Shown here in pieces: positions 11,876 through 23,174 of a stretch of 64,000 nucleotides of DNA. The stretch is from the NCBI RefSeq assembly GCF_006345805.1, contig NW_021835461.1, positions 1-64,000 of the forward strand. Reading direction: 5' to 3'. The stretch's first letter is position 1. Every line of letters starts with the position of its first letter. The DNA comes from Octopus sinensis. Lineage: Eukaryota. Below the pieces are notes generated by a model. It did no database searches and had not been told where the DNA came from. It saw only the letters and a program-made list of their open reading frames with translations. A program made the position numbers and the translations under genes.

Positions 11876-12584
11876 TTAACCCCTGAACATTTAAACAGGC
11901 CATATCTACTAGCAGGGTGCAAAGAGCATCATACGAGCGTGATCATTGACAGAGCGGCTAACCGGCATCCGTGCCAGTGGCACATAAAAGGCACCATTCG
12001 AGTGTGATCGTTACCAGCATCACCTTACTGGCACTTGCGCCCGTGCTAGTAGGGTGCCAAGAGCACCATCCGAGTGTGATCGTTGCCAGAGCAGCCAACT
12101 GGCTTCTGTGCCAGTGGCACGTAAAAGGGCACCATTCGAGCGTGATCGTTACCAACATCACCTTACTGGCACCTGTGCTGGTGGCATGTATAAAAAAATT
12201 TGTGCGAGGTTGCCAGTACCGCCTAACTGGCCCCCATGCCGGTGGCACGTAAAAGCACCCACTACACTATCGGAGTGGCTGGCATTAGGAAGGGCATCCA
12301 ACTGTAGAAACTCTGCCAGATCAAGATTGGAGCCTGGTGCAGCCATCTGGTTTGCCAGCCTTCAGTCAAAATCGTCCAACCCATACCAGCATGGAAAGCG
12401 GACTTTAAACAATGATGATGATGATGATATCTGGCCTCTTACACCAACCATACAATATCATTCTAAAAATTAACAATTACCTCGTCAACATTCCAAAGCT
12501 ATGAGATAATGCATGATTAATACGAAATGATGTGAATAAATAAGCAGAAAGCTTGACAGATTAATCTGAATGCTAAAGAGTTAA
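11876..12584. mobile_element. piggyBac-type MITE (TTAA-flanked) interrupted by a SINE
   Basis: ttaaccc...cattt at 11876 and aatgctaaagagttaa ending at 12584; the internal sequence ggccatatctggcc is split by the SINE. Confidence 0.65.
11908..12426 (+). mobile_element. RTE-tailed SINE with 5' modules, flanked by atatct target-site duplication
   Basis: Family core and (gat)n tail; atatct at 11902-11907 and 12427-12432. Confidence 0.9.
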
Positions 12585-13260
12585 GGAATGCTCTGAATTA
12601 TAAAGATGAAAGTGCTAGAAGAAAGAAGAAATGTTTCAGAGTCTGTAATGAGAAAAGGTAAATAAAATGGAGAGGTGAAACAACAGACAAAAGAAAAAAT
12701 CACATCAACCGAATATATAATCCTGTGTGGAAAGTCCTTTGAAGAATTTTATTGATTTGAAAATTTTAGTTTGATGTGTTCAATATTATGAGAGTATCAT
12801 TACTCAACATATTCGTTTTATATTGAAACTATAATCAAAAGTAAAAGACAGGCAGACCTGTGCATGTGTTTATCATTGGCACAATGACCCTCCCAAGACT
12901 TACAAAATATATTTTGTTTTAGAATTAAACTATATATTTGTATTATTATTCAGTAATATGCATTTACAAGGTAAAGACTCAGTTTTCTTTCCATTTTGTT
13001 TTAGATAGAAATTACATTTGTAACAAGTTCCCTCTATCAATCAAACAAAGATGGTAAAATATTCCATTTACTTTCCCTCTTTCCAATGTTTAGAAACTGA
13101 AGGAACGGTCAAATACTGGAATCAGTTTCACTGATAAAACATCATCTCTAATATTTCTGATTTCCTGCCTGATAACCATCATTCCTGACAAATTTCTTCC
13201 TTTCCTGATAAATGTGAGAAACCAAAAAGCAAAATCTGGGAAGAAATAAAAGATATAAAT

Positions 13261-13660
13261 AGGTGCAGACAGGGCTGTGTGCTAAGAAGTTTGCTTCCCA
13301 ACCACATGGTTCTGGGTTCAGTCCCACTGTGTGGCACTTTGGGTGAGAATCTTCTACTGTAGCCTCAGTTCAACCAAGGCATTGTGAGTGAATTTGGTAG
13401 ATGGAAACTGAAAGAAGCCCAGTATGTATGTGTGTGTGTGTGTGTTTGTGTCGTTGTGTCTATTTGTTACCCGCTACTGCTTGATGACTGGTGTCAATGT
13501 GTTTATGTTCCTGTAACTTAACAGATCAGCAAAATGGAATGATAAAAGTTTCTAGGTTTTAAAAATTAAGAACCACTAGGGTCGATTCATTTAACTAAAA
13601 AAGATCTTCAAGGTGGTGCCCCAGCATGGCCTGAGTCATTAGACTAAAACAATTAAAACA
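13261..13660 (+). mobile_element. Full-length tRNA-headed SINE with internal (TG)n
   Basis: A/B-box-like head (ggctgtgtgctaag; gggttcagtccc), ggaaactgaaagaagccc, 3' ggtggtgccccagcatggcc. Confidence 0.85.
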
Positions 13661-13739
13661 CAAAAGATATACCAATCCTATTAACAAAACAAAATTCAAG
13701 AAATCTTTTTCAAAACAAATTAAACTTGAAGAAACTTAC

Positions 13740-13976
13740 CAATTTCATTTTGGCAATACACAAGAAAAGTTCCAGCTTTTCTTCCAGGGGAAACATATAC
13801 AATATCCAATTTTCCTGTCTTTTCCAAAAAATCAATTAACATTTTTTCCGACATGTCTTTGGGGCCATTTGACACAATCACTGCATCTTCTTGCCAGACT
13901 AGATTTTTATACCAGTCCACATGAAGTTTATGTTTGCTTACATTATGGACCTTCCTTTGGACAACATTTTCTGCAT
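13740..13976 (-). CDS. Exon 2 of PARP14-like tandem-RRM protein
   Basis: ttttcag acceptor and gtaagt donor; 237 nt, phase 1-1, open. Translation: DAENVVQRKVHNVSKHKLHVDWYKNLVWQEDAVIVSNGPKDMSEKMLIDFLEKTGKLDIVYVSPGRKAGTFLVYCQNEI. Confidence 0.88.
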
Positions 13977-14685
13977 CTGAAAATCAAAATAGCAGAAGAA
14001 ATTGAGAATATAATGTCATTATTAATGAGTGGAGGGCATGGTTGTGTTGGTGTAGAACCAGGTCAGACACTTTCTGGTCATAAACATGTCCAAGTGTCCT
14101 TCCTTGTTTATGATGTTAGGTGGTACATGAAGAAGATTTAACTGCCTTTTCTAGCAGATCAAGTCATCACTTAGAGGCCCCTTTGTTCGATAGCTGAAAG
14201 GATTATGAGGTTCCCTGTACAATTAACTGGCTCTAGTTCAACAGCACATTGAGCAAGTATCTTCTACCACAGCCTCAAGATGACCAGAGCCTTGTGACTG
14301 ATATTTGGAAGAGAGAAACTGTGGCCATCATAGGATGTGTGTGTGTGTGATCAGATAAACATATACACACTTATGTGTATACGCACATACAGTACTTAGA
14401 GGAAACAGTAGTCATTCACAAAGACAATTGCCAATAAAAAGCTTTATCCTGAGCAGACCAATATGTAAGCCTATTTTCCAATAAAGAGTAGAATATTTGA
14501 ATATCAGAATATGTCAAAACATTTAATGAAGTGCACTGCAAAATTTCAATTAAAATTAGTCCCTTAATGAAAAGAGAGACTCATTATCTTCGTGACAGAC
14601 CCATGCCAAGAAACGAGAGGAACATAACCTTGAAATTTAAATTTTTATAAATAAAAAAAAATATTTATATATATATATATATATA

Positions 14686-14801
14686 TTGGCCTGCTCACTT
14701 AGCCAGCGGGGTGGCGTCATTTGAAGGCTAAAACAATGCAAAGCGCATTGTGACCACCGATTTGTAGCAGCATCTGATAGCCTGGTCGGTCACGTGATCA
14801 G

Positions 14802-14805
<4 letters not shown>
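14686..14805 (-). mobile_element. Short LINE (RTE-like) 3' fragment between (TA)n tracts
   Basis: cacgtgaccgaccaggctatcagatg...gccttcaaatgacgccaccccgctggctaag; the family assignment is recognition only. Confidence 0.5.
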
Positions 14806-14837
<32 letters not shown>

Positions 14838-15524
14838 TATATATATATGCCATTTGATATTCCTTCAGGTTAAGGTGAAGGAATGAATTTAGCAGCAGAG
14901 AGACAACTCCAAGCACGTTTCAGTTTTGAGACCTCTTCGTTATAAAAGCCTACCCATGACTGCCAGATTGTTGATGACTAAAGAATTTTAATGAGCGGAT
15001 ACAGAATGGTGTGACAACTTGGAATAGAACACTGCTCTACAGTTTCTCTATTGTACCTCCTTGATCACACTTTAGCCTTTCAATACCTAGCATAACCCCT
15101 ACATAACCCTTTCGGTTCCTCACTCCATTTAGTAGAAGGAGTGTTTTTCCTTTTTTTTTTTCCTGTCTTGGACATTACTTGGCAACCTCACTAGTAATGA
15201 TGGCAGGAAAATTGTCCCCAGTCCACTCTGTAAAGTGGTTGGCATTAGGAAGGGCACTGAGCAATAGAAACCATGCCAAAGCTGACCCCAGAGGTCAATG
15301 CTGCTCACCAGATCCTGTCAAACTATTCAATGCAAGCAAATATGGAAAATGAATGTTAAATGACGATGATGATGATTTTTAACATTGCTTTATATTAATC
15401 TAATGTGTTCACAGTAATTATGTGCAAATTGTCCAACCTATGCAAGCATGGACAACAGATATTAAATGATGACAATGATGATGTCTGTAAATGATTTCAT
15501 GAAATAAAGAATATTTCTTCTAAC

Positions 15525-15722
15525 CTTTTTCCGATTCAAAAGTGATAATAACTTCCTCAGAATCTTGGATCCGTTCTGGCTTTCCTTTAATAGGTCCTCC
15601 ACTTGATCTACTCTTGTTCTCAAAATAAGACTGAATGGCTTCCAAACGGAAATCAGTTGGGATTCCTGACACCAATATCGTTCTGCCCTCATCTTCTCCT
15701 TCCATACTCGTGGCAGATATTC
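15525..15722 (-). CDS. First visible coding exon of PARP14-like tandem-RRM protein (probable ATG at 15705)
   Basis: ttttgcag acceptor and gttaga donor; 198 nt, open. Translation: MEGEDEGRTILVSGIPTDFRLEAIQSYFENKSRSSGGPIKGKPERIQDSEEVIITFESEK. The YFENxxRSxGG motif is characteristic of PARP14/PARP10/NMI-type RRM-like domains. ATG context is AGTATGG. Confidence 0.88.
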
Positions 15723-16179
15723 CTGCAAAATAAAACCAAGATTTAATGCTAGATAAATACAAGTTATTCACCATCCATGTAACAATATAATGCTATCCAC
15801 ATCATAAACATCCACTTTACATGCCTGATGTAAACCTGAAATACATATAGCCTTCAAACAGTCCAGATATGCTACAAATAACAGCCAAAGTTTTTCAAAA
15901 GTTCTCCCATTTTTAAAATAGACGAATACATTTGCTAAAATCGTCTTGTCTTGAGAATATCTGCAAAGAAGTTATGGCATTCCTGATTGAACAATGCTAA
16001 TTTCACTCACAGAAACCAGAGTTCTAACATATGTCCATGAAATCTGAAAGTCACACCTCTGAACGAATCCAGCTTTAAAATCTTTAAAAAGATGTTTTGC
16101 AATAAAACAGCCACACAAATGCCATTTAGTATGACAAACTTCATCTAAATACACATTTTCCAAACAATTCTTTCTTCTA

Positions 16180-16355
16180 TAGGCACAAGGCTTGAAACTT
16201 TGGGGGAGAGTTAATCAATTAGATAAACCCTAGTGTATAACTGGTACTTACTTTATTGACCCTGAGGAGATGAAAGGTGAAATTGACCTCAGTGGAATTA
16301 GAACCCAGAACATAAAGATGGATGAAATGTCACTGAGCATTTTGTCCACATTTTC
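16180..16355 (-). mobile_element. tRNA-headed SINE (same family as 10475-10670)
   Basis: ctggtacttactttattgaccctgaggagatgaaaggtgaaattgacctcagtggaatt. Confidence 0.75.
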
Positions 16356-16539
16356 CAAACAATGACAATGACCACAACAACAATAACAACCAAAAGTACC
16401 AATCTGATTAGCCTGATTAATGCCACAACATCATATAGAATACATTCAACAAAAGAACACCCCAACCATTCACCCACCAAACTCAACCAGATGAACCTAA
16501 TTTATAAATACAGCTTTGTGTTGGGCCCTCAATTCCTTG

Positions 16540-16905
16540 ATAGGGTTGTATGGGGCACTATGGTCAGAAATGGCATGTCTTGGGTATTTTTAAACCCGGA
16601 GGGACCAGGAGATGTGGTGATTTGCTGTACTTGAAAAATCATGTGAAGCTAAGTAAAAAGCTTGTCCTTTCAGGGGTGGGTGCAACATAAAAACACTCCC
16701 ACGCTGGGGTTGTGTCAACACACCCTTGCCAGTGGCATGTAAAATGCACCCAGCACATTCTGTTAAGTGGTTGGCATTAGGAAGGACATCTAGCTGTAGA
16801 TACCATGCCACAACAGACAACTGGAGCCTGGCCAGCTCCATTTCAAACAATCCAACCTATGCCATCATGGAAAGAGGACATTAAACAATGAGGAGGATGA
16901 TGTCA
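16540..16905 (+). mobile_element. RTE-tailed SINE, degenerate
   Basis: gtggttggcattaggaaggacatctagctgtaga...ccaacctatgccatcatggaaagaggacattaaacaatgagg. Confidence 0.7.
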
Positions 16906-17184
16906 AGGCCATCCTTCTGCAAGAATGACCAAAACTGGTTTCTTCTAAAAAGAGGGAGAGAGAAACAGAAAGAAAAAGTGAGAGGCTGAGAAGAATTGAC
17001 CCCAATACTTTGTTTATTGACTCCAAAGTGATCAAAGACAAAATTGATTTCAGCATCGCAAAGAGTCAGAAGGATTGCCACAAATCAACCTATCTGGTGC
17101 TCTACAGACTCTGTGACTTGACCACCTCATAAACATTACAGAAATCACCTAAAAACAAGTTTATGTTGCACATTGTGCTGCAGC

Positions 17185-18194
17185 TCATACAGTAGTAGTA
17201 GAGGAAGCATTTCTTGTTCGGCGTGCTGAACATTGCTCATTGCTCTGGACGGCTCGTTGTGCTAACCATTCACAACGCCGCTCCTCACTTTCCCTTCTTC
17301 GCACTGAAGCCATCCTAAGTGCATTGAGAGAGTTCCTCCTGGCGGCGTCTTCAGCAGATTCATTTGCATGCATGCGTTTACTTTTCTTTGCAGCATTTGT
17401 TTGCCCACCTATATTGGAACTTTTGCGTCGAGGTATGGTGGAAAATTATCAGTTTATACAACAGAAAAAGTCCTAAGGAAAAAGCGGTGAATGTATAGCA
17501 CCCAAAAAATTGTAACCTGTAGTTTGTAAAAATGTTTTTCAAGCAGACTGAATTGATTTTGGGTAAGAGTTTTGAAGTGGCTAGTTTAAGTTGGAATAGT
17601 TATATGGAAAAAAGCACTCATGTGTAAACAGAGGCAAATCATAGCTTGCAAATGAATATTGCTGGCAGTACTGTGCAAGCAGTCGATAAGAGCTTGCCAC
17701 AGCTGACAAAGTAAAGTATTGATTTTTCCCAGTTGGGCATGTTACGTTTTTCACTGGCTCAAGCCAAATCCTAGGCAAATTGAGAGTAGTCTATTTATGC
17801 TGGGAGTGCAGAATTTTGAGGAAAAAATTATACGAAAAAGCGTCCCAAGTCAAAGAGAGGACACATGTCAAATTTGGTGAAATTCGGTTGGAAATTGTGG
17901 GAGTAGAAGTGGTTCACACAACATACACACAGAGACAGACAGCCAACTTGCCTTTTAATATATAAGATCAAACACATACCATTGCATAGATGTGGTGGGT
18001 TCAAATCCTTGGTGAATTGAGAGTAGTCTATTTATGTTGGGGGTGTGGAATTTCAAGGAAAAAATCATAAGAAAAAGTGTCCTAAGTCAAAGAGAGTACA
18101 CATGTCAAATCTAGTGAAATTCAGTTGAAAATTGTAGGAGTAGAAGTGGTTCACACAACAGACAGACAGACAACTTGCCTTTTAATATATAAGA
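17185..18194 (-). mobile_element. Helitron 5' portion with duplicated 5' terminus and start of Rep/Hel ORF
   Basis: A|TCTTATATATTAAAAGGCAAG termini at 18194 and 17967. The ORF remnant RRKSSNIGGQTNAAKKSKRMHANESAEDAARRN..RMA.VR resembles Helitron N-termini. Confidence 0.7.
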
Positions 18195-18207
18195 TACAAG
18201 AAAATGA

Positions 18208-18530
18208 AGTAGTTAGTTAATTAGTTAGTTAATTTTTTGGCTCAGAAAGCAAAAAGCAAGGCCATGTAGTGGGGACATGGAGTTAGGTACAGGGTGGTGT
18301 TCATGTAAAGAGTTCATGCCACTTGTGGTCAAGGGAGACTTTGAACCGAGCGATCGTCGGCATCCTCACCATCTCGTCCGGCAGCTTATTCCATGGATCC
18401 GCAACCCGGACGGAGAAAGCCCCTCTCCTTCGATTGAGATGAAATCGTCGCAGATAGAGCTTTTCGGAATGACCCCGCAGCCGATGCTCTGGAGCAGGAG
18501 TGAAGAACAGCTCTTTCGAGAGGTTACACT
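18208..18530 (-). mobile_element. CR1 LINE 3' end with (AACT)n tail
   Basis: Open frame PEHRLRGHSEKLYLRRFHLNRRRGAFSVRVADPWNKLPDEMVRMPTIARFKVSLD, which matches the CR1 ORF2 C-terminal RGH...FSxRVxxxWNxLP motif. Confidence 0.9.
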
Positions 18531-19269
18531 TTCCGCTTATGATGTAGATTATTATGTGTCCAACCCTTGGTTTTGAACCACATAATACGGCAATTGTGAT
18601 TGGTCAATTGCTTCGTTGGGGTTGTGGTACTCCTGTCACAATGCCAGTCACCGTGACTCCTGCTCAAATGTGGAAAGCAAGGAAACCAAACCTGTTGCTG
18701 TTTTTTTTCACTTTGTGTTTTAACAGACTAATGTACAACTTTTGGATTACAACTGGCCAATCAACAAGGCTCAGCAAATTCTCAACAAGTTATTCTTTGA
18801 TGCCTTACCAATGCTTTACATAAAGAATCTTCAAAGTTGAATTTAATCAGAAAGGAGTGAGTTGCCTTAGCAACAGGACGGTTTACCAATCTATATATAT
18901 CTATAATATAAATTGGACATGGGCGATCGTTGTATTCTTTCTTGTCTTGAGGTTCACAACCAAATGGCAGGATGAATTTGTGCAAAAAATGGCACACATG
19001 GGTGCATAGATTGGAATGCAGTTTGTATTTTTTTCCTAGCCTCCCTACATACCGAGAAAATCGATAAAAACCTTTTCCTATTGGAATTCCCCTCTTTCTT
19101 CCGCCATTAAAACATCCAGTTGCTTAGAAGCTGTTTTTTGACAGGATGAGCCAGGAAATTTTCATATAGTTGGAGATCCAATCGAAACTGGGGACCTGAA
19201 ATGATAAGGTTGAGAAATGGTGTTATAGATTATGCCTAACCGAAAACAATCATAGTCACAACATCCAAA

Positions 19270-19300
19270 AAGACTGGGTGAAACCGGGCTTAGCTGCTAG
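19270..19300 (+). mobile_element. Helitron 3' terminus (hairpin + CTAG|T)
   Basis: ctgggtgaaaccggg followed by ctgctagt; CTAG at 19296-19299, then T. Confidence 0.6.
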
Positions 19301-19574
19301 TATAATATAAATACACTTTCTGCCTTTAGAGACCAGCTTAAAGCACAGGAGTGCATGCACACAGACAGACACACACACACACGCACACGCACACACTGTG
19401 TCTCTCTTAATGAATCTCTAAAAGGTAACACATTATTAAAGACAGAAACATTCACATTAAAATTAGATTTAGAGCCGAGTGGTGTCTAAATCTAAATGTG
19501 TTTAATATAAATGTTCTTATAATTAAACACATTGAGATATAGACACCACCCGGCTCGTGACATTGGCCTATATC

Positions 19575-19990
19575 GTGTCCACTTGACCAACGATGTATGA
19601 CTAAATCTATCATATATGAGGCAGAAGCTACTGCAACCGTAAATAATAATGCAACTGTTAAGAAGACCTATGCTGGATTATGAGAAGGAGAATTTAAAAA
19701 TCTCTATGCCAATCACATAGGACATAAGGACAAAAGTAAAGCTACCAAGTTGGCTAGATACATATGGACTTTGAAAGATAATGAAATACTGCATGGGATT
19801 AAATGGAAAATAGTTGAGAAATCCATACCTTATGATATGTGGTTTGCGTCTGAAGAATATGTTTGAGATTTCTCAACATATGAAACTACTAGTAGCGCTT
19901 TAATACATGTATTGTGACCTTTAAATAAATAATATTTATCTCTCACAAGATGGAGTACTTTTTTTGTTGAATTTTCTATCATGGATCAAT
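19575..19990 (+). mobile_element. Penelope-like element relic: GIY-YIG endonuclease fragment followed by pLTR
   Basis: CPLDQRCMTKSIIYEAEAT...KTYAGL.EGEFK..YANH...KATKLARYIWTLKDNEI..GIKWKIV is typical of the PLE endonuclease. Confidence 0.85.
19846..19898 (+). ncRNA. Candidate minimal type-I hammerhead ribozyme in Penelope pLTR
   Basis: GCGU-CUGAAGA-[AUAUGUUUGAG..CUCAACAUAU]-GAAAC-UACUA-GUA|GCGC. It has the core nucleotides, stem II, a short stem III with ACUAGU palindrome, and a 4-bp stem I. Confidence 0.6.
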
Positions 19991-20169
19991 ACTTTATATG
20001 TATATATACATATTTAATATAATAAATGTGAAAATTTTCGTTTTCAGATTCGTTTCCTATGTAGAAGGAGAAAGAACGAAAAAAAATAAAGAAAGAAGGA
20101 AGGAAAAAAGTGTAGACTAAAAGAGAGGAACTATTACAGAGAGTGAGAGATGATATAGGTAAGCAAGAA

Positions 20170-20413
20170 AAACAGAGAATGTGAAAAGGGAGAGAATTGG
20201 TTGAAAACTGCAGTTTTTAGAGAAAAAACATAAAACATGTTTCTTCCCAATTTCTTGCTTTATGCGAGAGCTCTGAGCAAAATATTATAGTGCGTGGCCA
20301 TCCTTGGCACATAAGTAATGTGTGTGTAAAGTTTGGTGAAAATCGGTTGAAAACTGTAGAAATGCATACATATTACACACGCAAACAGACATCCTTTGTT
20401 TTATATATAGAGA
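20170..20413 (-). mobile_element. Non-autonomous Helitron-like 5' end
   Basis: A|TCTCTATATATAAAACAAAGGATGTCTG terminus at 20413, with subterminal caaccgattttcaccaaactt like the element at 17.8-18.2 kb. Confidence 0.55.
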
Positions 20414-21649
20414 TTATTCAGGCTCAGGAGGGGTGTCCACAATATTTGCTTGTAGCTTTGTAAATTTTTTACATACAGATTTGAAATTGTGTCAGTGGGT
20501 GCTTTATATACCACTGGTTGATAGTTATGTAATTTTAGCTGATCTTTTTTTAGCTGATTAATTTAACTTTTATGGGTATGTAAATTTAATTAACAGGTGT
20601 AAAAGCAACAACATTATGGATAAACACTAAAATTGAAATTCTTAATGCATCTTATCTGTTTGATTTGTTACAAAAATTATCCCAGATGGCAACCAACAAA
20701 AAGTTTGCCACTTTTCAAGATGAGGTACATTAATTTGAATTAATTAAAATACAGGTATAACTGATACAAGATTTTATTCTTTCAGTAAATATTTCATACC
20801 TTAGTGTGGAATAATATTTTGGGGTGCATTCAATGTATCTGAACTCCAAACTCGCCCCAAGCTACTTTTTTTCCAGAAAAGAAAGGTGGGAGGGGTGGTA
20901 GAGACCTTGAAGTTTCCCACAAAGGGAATTTTGTTTCACGAGTCCTTTTTTTCTTTTCCAGATTATTTTGCATGCTTTCAATGAATCTGACATCGAAATC
21001 ATGCATAAATGGCTCCTTTTTCCAGAAAAGATTTGGCTGTTATTTCTAGCATGCCCTACTACCACATAACAATTATTTCCATTGACACCGAAATATTTAC
21101 CAGCTTTTTCCCTTCCATTTATTTTTTCCACTTTATGGAAGTTAATATTTTCTATGTTGACATCCTCCTCAGTTAATTGTGCTTTTCACCCACTTCTCTG
21201 CTTTCTAGAAGAAAAGCCCTTACATTATCTCAAAGCTATGAGAATTCACTAATATGATTTGTTTATTTTCTAAAAAGATTTCGTCGAGGAATCAGATACA
21301 ATGGGTTTTGGCCATTTTAAACATTAAAGGGTTAAAAGTGCCAAAACTATAAAATCAGCCTTTTTGGGGGCTTTAGAACCCAAAAACTATATAGTTTTTT
21401 TGTTTTGGGGTTTTTTTCGCTTAAGAGTTAAAAATCCTGATTTTATAGTTTTAAATTTCAAAGGGCCTAAAAAAAGGCTGATTTCATAGTTTTGGCCCTT
21501 TTTAAGGTTTTTAAAGGGTTTTAGAGCCAGAAAAGGTAAAAAATAAAACTCAAATGAAACATAATATTAGTATTAAACTAAAAGAAGTTTACTGATAAGG
21601 TGATCATAAATTTTTTTTTTTTTTAAATTGGAAAACATGATATATGCAT

Positions 21650-22063
21650 GATTCAACTTTTCCTCTTCTCCGCTATTTTGTTGATGATATAAATGTTGCC
21701 CTTCTTGAAAATTAGCAAACTAAAATTTTCATCAGACAAGGACGATCTCTTGACACTCAAGATGTCTTTGTCCATGGAAAATAAATGTTCAACTGCAGCA
21801 CTGGAAGGGACGGATGTGTTGAACTTGACAAACAAGTCCACCAACACTTGGTCACTGAATGGCGCGTACAATATTAAATATGATAAGACAATCATTAAAC
21901 AATAGAAACTTGTAAACGTTTACTGGTTTTATTGAAATTTTGGGATTAGTGGAAGCTAAATGTAACGGAAGTTAATTAGTCTGGTAATGATTTTCAAAGT
22001 TAAATCGTTAATGAAAATATTAACTTTGTTAATTAACGATTAACGGACTTATGCCCAGCTCTG
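21650..22063 (-). mobile_element. hAT element relic: C-terminal dimerisation domain plus one terminal repeat
   Basis: LFVKFNTSVPSSAAVEHLFS..KDILSVKRSSLSDENF matches the hAT SSAxxERxFS motif; terminus CAGAGCTGGGCA at 22063. Confidence 0.8.
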
Positions 22064-23174
22064 AGAGAAAGAGAGAGTGAGAGAGACAGACAGACAGACA
22101 GACAAAAGAAATAATATCTCAGTTCTTAGCAACAAGTTGATTTCAACGTATTTTCGCAAGACTGATCTTTGAATTAGTCAGTTTTTTAGGATAGAGGTAA
22201 GAACTTTTCCATATCTTCTATAACTGGTATTTTATCATACGTTCTAAGAAAAGGAACTTACAATTATTCTAATCCATTACTGATAAATATAATATTGCAT
22301 ATAACTTCTTTTTATGTTTTGCAATTTTCAGAAAACTTTTGTGAATTTGTCTTCTACACATGAGAATTCAAATGATTATGAAAAAAATTGTGTGTGATTT
22401 AAGGTTGATTTAGCTGATACATTCTTTGTCTCTTTGTCACTGGCATGTATTAATATTTTGCAATATTTTTCTCCCCATAAACACGTTTAGTGGAATGATG
22501 ATGCACCCAAGGGTGGATTTGAGTCAAAGATTTGGACTATCCATATTTTAAAATTCCGATTTAAAAGAAAATACAACAGAGAGTAGAAATGAAGGTAGCA
22601 GGTGCTCGTGGTTTTTATTTTTTGGAATTTTCAGAAAAGTTTTGTGAATTTGTGTTCTATGCACTGGAATTCATATACTTATTGCCAAATAAAAAGGAAA
22701 AAGAAAAAAAAATTCTTATTTAAAACCACATAAATCCTAAAAATTTCCTACTTCTTTTCAATTTTTTTTTTAAAAATCAGAGTTTAAAATACAGAAACTC
22801 AGAACGTTTTGCTTAAATTCCAGCAGTGGACCATTCTTGAAGAATATCAATACATTATAGTAACAAAGAAATGAAGAAGAAATCAAGAGGCTGTGCGATG
22901 TGCTAAAAACAACAGCTAAATTGCCTAAATCCCATACAAAAATTTTATTTGCCTAATCTTTTGAATTTCCATGTGTAGAAGAAAAATTTTCTGAAAATTA
23001 AAAAAAATAGTAAAGTTACGAGGGGTTATACGGGGTGCTTTAATAAAAATTCTGCTTCTCCGACTAAGAGGAAATGCCGACCATATTCCATTGAATATCT
23101 GTCTTGTGGCTGTATTCTATCAGCACAGAATGAAGGGAAAACAATGTCTCAGCCAAGCCAGCTCAGAATTCCTT

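Noticed and set aside
13020-13206. Extra PARP14-like exon after a ttatcag acceptor
   Set aside because: Stops occur in all frames, there is no RRM similarity, and exons 2 and 3 already join seamlessly.
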